A stretch of 55,105 bases of DNA from positions 920,300-975,404 of the forward strand of contig JAQGDQ010000040.1 of NCBI GenBank assembly GCA_030141605.1, in the 5' to 3' direction. Positions 18,548 through 27,928 of this stretch are shown piece by piece (position 1 is the stretch's first letter; every line of letters begins with the position of its first letter). The position numbers were made by a program, and so were the translations under genes. Under the pieces are notes generated by a model, which saw nothing but the letters and a program-made list of their open reading frames with translations, did no database searches and had not been told where the DNA came from. The DNA comes from Tubiluchus corallicola (taxonomy: Eukaryota; Animalia; Priapulida).

Positions 18548-18797
18548 ATGGAAATACAAGAGCTTAATAACCACAATTTTTTGAAGGATGGGGTGGTATC
18601 TCCAAAAATATATATAGCAGAGGTAGAAAAAACCGGTTTTATAAACATTTTTAGCGAAATAGAGAAACCCTATTTAGCCAACGTCTCATCGTCTCGACGT
18701 TAACGGTTCCGCTCGTGTAAGTGGTCTTGTGGATAAGCACGGAAATACGGGTGCAGCTGGGCAGGTTCTTACCGCCGATGGCTCAGGAGGTTTTTGA
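18548..18797 (+). pseudogene. Fragmented fibre-like/hypothetical gene
   Basis: A short ORF MEIQELNNH.. is followed in another frame by LDVNGSARVSGLVDKHGNTGAAGQVLTADGSGGF*, a motif typical of Bacteroidota fibre proteins. Confidence 0.45.
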
Positions 18798-18821
18798 ATG
18801 GATATAACTAAATTAAATAAT

Positions 18822-19256
18822 ATGAGAATAATAGACAAAATCATTATTCATTGTACAGCAACCAAAGAAGGCGTAGCCATATCTGCTAAAACCGTAGATA
18901 AGTGGCACAGAGAAAGAGGGTTTAATGAGATAGGTTACCACTATCTGATAGGTTTAAATGGAGAGGTAGAAGCAGGTCGTTCTATCCAAAAGGTAGGAGC
19001 TCATTGTGAGGGACAAAATCGCCACAGTATAGGTGTTTCTTATGTGGGTGGTTTAGATGAGAGTGGCAACCCCAAAGATACCCGAACACCTGAGCAAGAA
19101 AAAGTATTAAGGCTGTTGGTTGCAGAATTAATACAGCAGTATCCTGATGCTACGATACATGGGCATAATGAGTTTAGTAGCAAAGCGTGTCCTTGCTTTG
19201 ACGTACACAAAGTGTTTACATTAAATGAAGTGGTTAGATTGGATAGTCAAGTTTAA
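18822..19256 (+). CDS. Endolysin, N-acetylmuramoyl-L-alanine amidase (T7 lysozyme-like, Amidase_2)
   Basis: IIIHCTAT, IGYHYLI, GAHCEGQN..SIGVSYVGG and GHNEFSSKACPCFD zinc-amidase motifs. Confidence 0.93.
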   Translation: MRIIDKIIIHCTATKEGVAISAKTVDKWHRERGFNEIGYHYLIGLNGEVEAGRSIQKVGAHCEGQNRHSIGVSYVGGLDESGNPKDTRTPEQEKVLRLLVAELIQQYPDATIHGHNEFSSKACPCFDVHKVFTLNEVVRLDSQV

Positions 19257-19638
19257 AAGTGGTTTGTTCGCCGTTATTGCCATAATAGGATTATTGCCAA
19301 ATTATAAGGCGTGTCAAAAGTTTTTATTCAATAATCCGCTTTTGCTGATAAGTGTAGTACTGGCACTGCTTTTAGTCTGTGTCTATACCATAATGAATAA
19401 ATTGTTAAAGCCGATTAATAAAAAGTTAGATGATAATATACACATGACTTTAGAGCTTCAAAAAAAAGAGTTGTGGCGGATAATAAATAAAGCAGTACGG
19501 CAAAAGTGGCTATACTTCTATGAACATGAGAGTTTTAGAAAGGCGTATAAATACTATCTCACTAATGGAGGCAATGGACGGATAGAACATTATTACAACA
19601 AGTTAATAAGAGATATTGAACTAAAAAAAGAGAGATGA
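19225..19638 (+). CDS. Membrane protein of the lysis cassette (holin/antiholin-like)
   Basis: Two hydrophobic segments, then Y..Y...GGNG motif; lies between the amidase and the holin. Confidence 0.55.
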   Translation: MKWLDWIVKFKSGLFAVIAIIGLLPNYKACQKFLFNNPLLLISVVLALLLVCVYTIMNKLLKPINKKLDDNIHMTLELQKKELWRIINKAVRQKWLYFYEHESFRKAYKYYLTNGGNGRIEHYYNKLIRDIELKKER

Positions 19639-19979
19639 AAATAGTAGATAAAATTATAGGTACAGTAGACAAATTGATACCTGATAGTGATAAAAAGAAC
19701 GAGTTAAAAGTGGAACTCACTAAGATAGTGCAAACAAGCGTAACTGAGAGACATAAAAATGATATGACTTCTCGTAGTTGGCTCTCTAATAACATTAGGC
19801 CACTATCATTAATGTTCTTTATGGTCATGTTTGTTATCGGGTGTTTTACTAATCTGATTAATGAGTTTTGGGGCAGAATAATAGAAAATTGCTTGATGCT
19901 CTCTATTTCATTCTACTTTGGTGTAAGAACCTTAGAGAAAAGCGGAGGTATTGGAAAGCTATTTAATAGCAAAAAGTAA
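19635..19979 (+). CDS. Holin (3TM / GTA_holin_3TM-like)
   Basis: DKLIPD.DKK, RHKNDM.S.SWLSNNIRPL, hydrophobic segments and FYFGVRTLEK. Confidence 0.8.
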   Translation: MKIVDKIIGTVDKLIPDSDKKNELKVELTKIVQTSVTERHKNDMTSRSWLSNNIRPLSLMFFMVMFVIGCFTNLINEFWGRIIENCLMLSISFYFGVRTLEKSGGIGKLFNSKK

Positions 19980-19993
19980 AAAAACAAGAACAT

Positions 19994-20014
19994 AAAAAAG
20001 CCCGAAAAGGGCTT
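19994..20014. terminator. Possible intrinsic terminator hairpin after the lysis cassette
   Basis: AAGCCC-GAAAA-GGGCTT; the A-run upstream gives a U-tract on the - strand and only a short one on +. Confidence 0.45.
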
Positions 20015-20143
20015 AATGAACTTAATAAGCGTCTGACTTCCTATATAGTAAGGGGAAACGAAAAGCAGAAGTGCTAACAGCTAATTACCCACTAAAAGAG
20101 ATACAGTAGATAGAGAAACAGTCACCTGAGATATGGTGGCTGT

Positions 20144-20197
20144 TTTTTGTACATTTCGTCTTGAATTTTTGTACATTTCGTTTTGACGGATATAACA
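20144..20197. promoter_or_regulatory. Candidate transposable-phage terminus with tandem transposase-binding sites
   Basis: TTTTTGTACATTTCGTYTTGA twice (20144-20164, 20166-20186; 22-bp period, 1 mismatch), followed by 11 bp ending ...AACA-3'. Confidence 0.6.
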
Positions 20198-20201
20198 GAA
20201 A

Positions 20202-20375
20202 GACACTGTTTCACAAAGCGTGTAAACTAAAAAAATACCGAGGGTTTGGCTATTTATAGCTGGACCCTTTGACACTGTTTCACAAAGTGTGTAAACTAAA
20301 AAAATACCGAGGGTTTGGCTACAAAGTGTGTAAACTAAAAAAATACCGAGGGTTTGGCTATTTATAGCTGGACCC
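20202..20375. repeat. Tandemly reiterated IS256 downstream end
   Basis: A 69-bp end copy (20202-20270), then a second copy from 20271 with an internal 39-bp duplication (20282-20320 = 20321-20359). Confidence 0.9.
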
Positions 20376-21558
20376 TTTTTTCAAATATAACTAAGAACTG
20401 ATTCAAGACAATGCCCCAGTTTCTGATTGGCATTGACCATTTTTTAGTTGCTTCTCTGGTTGCCAAAAATACAGATTTCATTACAGCCTGGTCTGACGGG
20501 AATGAAAGTTTGTTTTTTGTGTATTTTCTGATTTTTCCGTTGAGATTCTCAATCAGGTTGGTTGTATAAATTATCTTTCTGATTTCCAGCGGAAACTCAA
20601 AGAATACTGTTAGGTCTTCCCAGTTGTCTCGCCAGCTTTTAATTGCGTAAGAGTATTTATCCTCCCAAGCTGCTGCAAAATCTTCTAAAGCTGCTTTTGC
20701 AGCCTCTTTTGTAGGGGCGTTATAGATTTGCTTCATATCTTTTGTAAATGCCTTTTTATCTTTCCAAACCACGTATCTGCTTGCGTTACGGATTTGATGA
20801 ACAACACATATTTGTGTTTTAGATTCAGGGAAAACAGTTCGGATAGTATCTGTAAAGCCATTCAAGTTATCTGTTGCCGTAATCAGAATATCGTTAACTC
20901 CACGGGCTTTCATATCGGTAAGTACGTTCATCCAAAAGGCAGCGGACTCACTCTTGCCCAACCATAAGCCAAGAACCTCTTTTTTCCCATCTCTGCGAAG
21001 TCCTACGGCAATGTAAACGGTTTTGTTGACGACCTTAGAGTTCTCCCGCACTTTAAATACAATGCCATCCATCCAAACAATTAGGTATACAATTTCCAGA
21101 GGTCGGTTCTGCCACGCTACAATGTCGTTGGTGACTGAATCGGTAATCCTTGATATGGTGGATGTAGAAACTTCAAAACCGTATAGCTCCCGAATTTGCT
21201 CTTCAATATCGCTATTACTCATTCCTTTAGCATAAAACGAAACAATGATATTCTCTAAGCCATCGACCATGTTCCCTCCTTTGGGTACAATCATCGGATT
21301 AAACGAAGCATCACGGTCTCGGGGAACCTGAATGTTGGATTCTCCCAGAGTGGTTCGGACTCTCTTCTCTGAATAGCCATTGCGGGCATTCTGATTATCC
21401 GATTTTTGATTCTTATCATAGCCTAAATGACCATCGAGTTCTCCTTCAAGCATCTTTTCAATGCCTCGTTTTTGGAGCTCTTGTAAAAAACCATTGAGCT
21501 CTTCCCCTGAATTAAACTGTTCAAGGAAATCATCATTTAATAAATCTTCTTTTTTCAT
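20362..21558 (-). CDS. IS256-family DDE transposase (intact)
   Basis: 398 aa; [40 protein letters not shown] motifs. Confidence 0.96.
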   Translation of the reverse strand: MKKEDLLNDDFLEQFNSGEELNGFLQELQKRGIEKMLEGELDGHLGYDKNQKSDNQNARNGYSEKRVRTTLGESNIQVPRDRDASFNPMIVPKGGNMVDGLENIIVSFYAKGMSNSDIEEQIRELYGFEVSTSTISRITDSVTNDIVAWQNRPLEIVYLIVWMDGIVFKVRENSKVVNKTVYIAVGLRRDGKKEVLGLWLGKSESAAFWMNVLTDMKARGVNDILITATDNLNGFTDTIRTVFPESKTQICVVHQIRNASRYVVWKDKKAFTKDMKQIYNAPTKEAAKAALEDFAAAWEDKYSYAIKSWRDNWEDLTVFFEFPLEIRKIIYTTNLIENLNGKIRKYTKNKLSFPSDQAVMKSVFLATREATKKWSMPIRNWGIVLNQFLVIFEKRVQL

Positions 21559-21646
21559 TACTGTCTAAAGTTTTAAAATTAAACAAAAAAATGCCGAGGG
21601 TTGCAACCCTCGGCATTTTCTATTTACACAGTTTATGAGATAGTGC

Positions 21647-23757
21647 TGACCCTAGTATAAAATTGTCCCTGATCAGGTTAGTGAAAGCCATTATTAAATT
21701 TTTATCAGATTGAAGCATAATATTACGTGTATAATTGGCATCAGCTATTTCCATGAACGGCATTCTTTTTGCATTATCTATTTTATTACATCTGAATAAA
21801 ATGTGCTGAGGAGTTTGCTCTTCTTCTCCACATGGACATAAACTAGTATCACACATATTAAGTCTATACAAAAAGCTGTTAAAATTCCCCTGACCAGTTA
21901 AAAAGGACATGGCAATGGATTCTATTTTCCTTTCATTATTTCCAAGCGGCAAATTTAAGGGTGTACATTTTATATTCTGTATTTCAACATTATCTCCTCG
22001 AAATTGCATAACATGCCTATATTTAGTTGCCCAGGTATAAGAAACATAATCTGTAATTTGACGTTTGGTATAAATTAACATATTTTCAGGAATTTGTTCA
22101 AGATCTGTATTACGAAAGTTTTCATTCCAGACAAATTTTAAAAAGTTTCTCACAGTCTGCACATTTGTATACATAATATTTTTATAAATATGTCTTCCTG
22201 TCAGACGTGTACTACCATACCGCAGAATCTGTTGTTTTACTAAATCATTAGCGCTCTGACATAATGTCTTAAGACATGATTTAACCACAATTACATTTAG
22301 TTCAATGTCTAACGGTGGAAGACCACAAAGTAATTCCAATTTAGTACGATCTGGTTTAAAAGCCAACCCCGCAGAAACTTTCATTATATCATAGGTTATA
22401 TCTTCAAATACAGTAAGTTTTTTACCTAACCATACAATAGCACCATACAGTATAATCGGCAAAATAGTAGTTTATAAATATTTACAATGGTAGCAAGTCG
22501 CAAACCTGCATATTTACTGCAATTGTTTTTTACTTTCAACCATCTATACCATACCTTTTTATGAACATTGCCCGCGTGTTTAACAAATGTTAATTTCCGA
22601 TCAACAGTTAGGCCTAATATTTTGCTGTCTTCAACAAACAATATTTCATTGTTACTAATTTTTAAATTGTCTGGCTTGTTATTTTCATCCCATGCCCCTA
22701 CTAGCAATGCTTCTGTCTTACCAGGTAACGTATTTATCTTTAAACGCCATTTCTGGCACCATTTGTGAAGCACATCACAACAGCTTTGTGCAATTGTAAC
22801 ACAAGTTTGCGGGTCTGTATTTGACACATGCAAAGATCCATCATCAACATACTTGTACTTTTTAACAGAGTCATGCATATTATAAAACATATCTGCAATG
22901 AAAAATATAAACAGTATTGGGGCTATAACTGACCCCTGTGGGAGTCCTAAATTGCATCGATATTGATCGGACATATAATCATTTATCTTTATGCAGATAT
23001 TGCGATTTTGTAATATATATGCTATAAGGCGTAGCATAGACCCTCGTACATTTGCACAAATAAGTTTAAATAATAAACCTTCAACCCAAACACGGTCGAA
23101 CGCTTTTTCGTAATCACAGCAAATTGTTATACCGTATGCATTATTCAAAATGTCGTCTTCCATATCAGTAACTAATCTGGTTAAATAACGTACTGTATTT
23201 TTGCCTTTTATGAAGCCTTCTTGCTCTGTATCAATGCAGTTTAACTGAAAGAAATGATTTTTAAGTCTATTTGATATTAAACGCTCAACAAGTTTACCTA
23301 CATACGAAGAAATGGTTATTGGACGATAATTACTGGCATTTGAATAATCGATTTTGTTAGGTTTTTTTAGTGGAATTACTTTCGTGCACGTCCAAGGCCA
23401 TAATTGATTTTCTAAGCACATATTTGCGATACGTAATACAATATTTTTTGCTACTGGCCCAAAATGTTTTATCATTTTTGGGTGAAACCCATCGGAGTCA
23501 AGCGACTTGCCTTCAGTTCGCACTTCACTTACTGCATTTTCTAATTCTTGTAAATTAAACCAGTTATTTAGACAAAAATTTTCGTTTTGTTCCCAGTCCA
23601 TAACTGATAATGAGCGTTCAATGTGATTTTTCCAGTTTTCATCAAATTCTTCCGCGTTCATGTGTTCCCCACTAAAAAAAGTCTTATATAATAAATCAGC
23701 ACTATCCGAGGCCGAGACTACAGGTGAGCCATTACTAATTAATGTGTGTAATGTCAT
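21647..23757 (-). mobile_element. Eukaryotic non-LTR retrotransposon (LINE, I/R1-like group) ORF2 fragment; 5'-truncated, frameshifted, 3' end cut at the IS
   Basis: RT motifs NYRPITISS..GKLVER, QEGF, DYEKAFD, GLPQGSVIAP, YVDD; frameshift near 22460; C-terminal CCHC knuckle CPCGEEEQTPQHILFRC. Confidence 0.92.
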
Positions 23758-23760
23758 TAC

Positions 23761-25978
23761 AGTGAGGAGAGACTGTTAGGACAAGGAGGGCGCACTGAAT
23801 TAGTTCAACATCGTATTACTCTAACAAATCCTACGCCAGTTGTAGGACATGTCGAAACGATGTTTAGTCCTATTGCGGTACCCTTGTATGCACTGCTTGA
23901 GAAAAATGCACCTGTACACGTTGACTGGAATGAAGAGTGTGAACGCAGCTTTATAGAACTGCGCACTGCACTGAACTCAGACACGGTGCTTCACTCACCT
24001 GATTTTTCGCAGAAATTTGTTCTAACAACTGATGCTTCATTTAGTGGTATTGGTGGAGTGCTGACACAAGTAAAGAGTGAGTTAGGTGAGGTGCCAATTA
24101 CACATGTGAGCAGAAAGTTGACTACGTGTGAACGAAATTATAGTGTTGTGGAAATTGAGTTGTTGGCAGTAGTGTATTCTGTATCTAAGTTACGTTACTA
24201 CTTAGAAGGTCATGAGTTCATAGTACGAACTGACCAACGTAGTTTGCTAGCACTCCCACGCATGAAAAGAAATAATCGCCGCCTTTGTACATGGGCGCTT
24301 ATTTTGCAACAATTCCAAATTACTGTAGAGAATATTGCTGGAAAAGATAATATTGTAGCAGATTCTCTTTCACGTCTATGAATGGGTAATTCCAACCACT
24401 AAAGCCCAAGTTAGGTGATTAAAGATCACCTCTGACCAGTTGAAATATTTTCTTTTACATTATATGAAGCTAATTCATTAGAAATGAGTTACAAATAATA
24501 AAATTTTGTTGCGAAATTAGTTTAATGTATTCGCAATGCCATCTAGAAGTGGTAATGGAAAACATGTGTTGTTGTACTGTATTATTTTAATCTTGTTAGG
24601 CTGGTTAATAGTAAAAGTGTTTCTCCTTTGATCGAAACAATACAGTGTTTTATGTTTAGTTTATTCATTTATGTTGAAACCAAGATTTGAACCTTGCGTT
24701 GTAAGCTTAAGAGTAAACAAATACTGTATCACCTAATATGTAATTATTTCATGAGTGAAGGAATTCACAAAGATTTGTTGATGAAGATTGTGATTGAGTA
24801 TTGCATTTTTGTCACTGACATTAATTATTTTTGTTCTATTATTGTGATGAATATGTATCATGATTTTTTTTGTGTAACTAGTTTATTGCCCTGACCTATT
24901 GTGTTAAAAGTCTTGATATCACATTTTAGTAAAAAAAATTTGATGGATCAAGCTTTTGTAACGGAGGATGCTATGTGACGCTCAGGCTTATTTTAGGCCA
25001 GGTTATGTAACTAGTTCCTACTGTTATAATTCCACCATTAATTATTGTCAATCTTTATAAAAGAAGTTTAGTTAAACTGTTTAATGATATAAGGCTAGAA
25101 GCCAACTTGTTCTGAAATCAGATTTCACCTGTACATTCAATGATACTGTTTATGCATTACTACTATATCATGTGACTGAAGCCACGTAGACGAAATTTTG
25201 GCTGTTCAGTTCGCCCTGGTATTCCGCTTGAAGTTGTCGAGTTAAGCGGACGTTCACATGTCATAAAATGATGGTTTAGTAGTAATAGTGCTTGCTTGTA
25301 GAAAAGCGATCTGTCTACCTGGTTACGACAGAGACGATAGTTGCATTCTAGCGATGATACTTACCTGTTGCTGATTATATTTCCTGACGCTGATGATACA
25401 TCACTTACCAGTTGTCGATGATATCTGCTGCTGATGATACTTACCCGTATTTACCTAACGTTGATGATACTGTCGTTGGTGCTTCCATGCTGATTACAAA
25501 ATTGGTAATCCTTACCTTGCGACGAGTGCAGGAGCTTGGATGCTACCCCATTTTGGCGTCATATAAGTGGAGGCGTGTACATCAGGAGTCGTCAAAGTTT
25601 GGAGACGTCGTCGTCCACGTAATCAGCTCCATCAAGAGGTAGTGTAGTCAACCGTTCTATGGTGCACCATTCCTTGATCAAGCCCCTGGTGAGGAGATGC
25701 TGCGGAATGGGAGCAGGAGAATAGTCGCTTGATGATGCCAAGACTGCACTGGTGAAAAACATTACGTTGTTCTTTCTCTTCTTAGCCGGCTTAGTCTTTA
25801 TTATTAACAGTTGTCTCGTAATGTGTTTTGAAATATTCATTAAATTGTTATATTATTTTATTAATTCAGTGGTTTCTTCTCAGTGTTTTCGACTAAGTGT
25901 TTTATTCTTTACCTAAGGGTTACACTTAAGTCACGAACCACATATTTACAATAACGGAACTTAGACTACATCGTCACA
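23761..25978 (+). mobile_element. Ty3/Gypsy LTR retrotransposon 3' remnant (RNase H-terminal pol, Gmr1-like order) with RT core deleted
   Basis: RT-start-like GRTELVQHRITLTNPTPV is joined in frame to the connection and RNase H (TTDAS..GIGGVL, SRKL..ERNYS..E.ELLAVV, TDQ, NIVADSLSRL*, 23860-24381). A purine-rich tract and an LTR follow. Confidence 0.8.
24974..25978 (+). repeat. Candidate 3' LTR (1005 bp)
   Basis: Begins TGTGACG after purine-rich AACGGAGGATG and ends CGTCACA (7-bp terminal inverted repeat, TG..CA). The partner LTR is not in the window. Confidence 0.7.
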
Positions 25979-26438
25979 ACCCCGTATCACACCCAGCACC
26001 TGGTGTCCCAGCTCTCTCCTTCACCCCACGTCACATCCAGCACCTGATGTCTCAGCTCTCTCCTTCACCCCGTATCACACCCAGCACCAGGTGACCCAGC
26101 TCTCTCCTTCACCCCGCGTCACACTCAGCACCTGATGTTCCAGCTCTCTCCTTCACCCCGTATCACACCCAGCACCTGGTGACCCAGCTCTCTCCTTCAC
26201 CCCGCGTCACACCCAGCACCTGGTGACCCAGCTCTCTCCTTCACCCCGCGTCACACCCAGCACCTGATGTCTCAGCTCTCTCCTTCACCCCACGTCACAC
26301 CCAGCACCTGGTGACCCAGCTCTCTCCTTCACCCCGCATCACACCCAGCAGCTGATGTCCCAGCTCTCTCCTTCACCCCGCATCACACCCAGCAGCTGAT
26401 GTCCCAGCTCTCTCCTTCACCCCACGTCACACCCAGCA
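25979..26438. repeat. 44-bp GC-rich minisatellite, ~10.5 copies
   Basis: Unit cacccagcacctggtgacccagctctctccttcaccccgcgtca, head-to-tail with no spacers. Confidence 0.95.
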
Positions 26439-26509
26439 GTTCTTTTTGATTGTGTTATGTGGTATCAATGTTTTGCAGTCGGTGAGTGTAACCTGTAATG
26501 AATCCTTAA

Positions 26510-26701
<192 letters not shown>

Positions 26702-27928
26702 TAGAACCAGTTGGAAAATGAATAACAAATTGTATTTTTCCGGTATTGCCCATTTAGCAAAACTCAACTGTCTATTGTGCATGCGTACTTACAGTATTAT
26801 AATAACGTCTATATACTCACCTCGTAATTGTATCAGAAAGACTTGTTAGCTTTGCCCATATAAACGGCATCTCTAAGTATAACTTGTGCGAAAACCTGGG
26901 AGTGCAATTTCAACTAATGATACCATCAGACTATAACAGCTTCAAACTTATATTAGAAAAATCACCAATGATGTACTATGTATGCTTTTTTCAAGCCATT
27001 GTTAGGCACAACTTACTGAAAAACAAGGTTCTGACAGATATAGCAAATAAAATATTACGTTAATAGCTGATACCCCCCAATACACACACCAGAAATCAAT
27101 ATGTGTTACCCCTAAATAAATCTACAAATAACAAAGCTAATAATTACCATCATGCTGTTATTCATCATACCAAGAAATCAAAAGGACACTCAAATACATA
27201 AATTATGCTATTTTAGAATTATCCATTTTGACAAATAAGTGCAATTTCTTCAAAATAGCATTCATTTTCAAGAGGCATCTAAAACAAAGAAATTTTACCA
27301 GAATATAGAATCAATTGAGTAGGTAGTTGCCAAATATTGTTTGATATATATATATTCAACAATTTACCTTACCACAGAGCAGAGACTGTTTCTAAATTTG
27401 TACCTCATATGTTGTCATTAATGTTGAATTTTGACTTTTTGCTAACGTACACTTTATTCATGTCAGGGCCCGTTTGATGAGTTATTACTATATTAATAAG
27501 TACTATTAAGCAGTGTACATTACGGATGTGATGTATTAAGCAGCAGCCAATGTCTTCAATGGTATGAAGTAGCTAGTGTCAAAATACTGAAGAATATATG
27601 CCTCTTGTACAACGCGATGGTCAACATGTATTTTTTTGTTTGAACATTTTATGATAGTACATGTACATGTAAATGTATGTTAGTACTGTCTATGATGGTC
27701 TGCTGTCTGCTGGTTGCTATATATAAATGTGACCACACTTTAAGCTTGTAAGCTACCTATAAATTGATTGGCCAAGTTGCTTTCTTGGTCATAGTAGGTA
27801 GATCATTTTGACTTGGTTAAGAACTCAGCATCGACTTATTAAATCACATCGTTTGTGAATCAGACGGTGAGTGCAAGCGGCTAGTCGGTGAAAAGGGAGC
27901 TATAGAGGTATAATGATGTCTTCTTAAA

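Larger units (their letters stand above)
72..20197. mobile_element. Mu-like (transposable) myovirus prophage of a Bacteroidota bacterium, late region; partly decayed; left boundary outside window or not recognisable
   Basis: Contiguous terminase, protease, capsid, sheath, tube, TMP, DUF935-type portal, baseplate, fibre and lysis ORFs. TAnnTTTG promoter elements and SD-less AT-rich leaders indicate Bacteroidota. A candidate TG..CA end with tandem repeats lies at 20144-20197. No transposase or repressor is in the window. Confidence 0.85.
20202..21646 (-). mobile_element. IS256-family insertion sequence
   Basis: Transposase ORF bounded by imperfect TIRs: GACACTGTTTCACAAAG[C/T]GTGTAAA (20202, 20271) versus GCACTATCTCATAAACTGTGTAAA (reverse complement of 21623-21646). 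No target-site duplication is evident. Confidence 0.93.

Noticed and set aside
20190-21660. Target-site duplication around the IS256
   Set aside because: The flanks (..ATAACAGAAA and TGACCCTAG..) do not match.
22426-23757. RT near a phage fibre as a diversity-generating retroelement, retron or group II intron
   Set aside because: The motifs and CCHC tail are those of a eukaryotic LINE, and I saw no TR/VR pair with adenine-specific differences.
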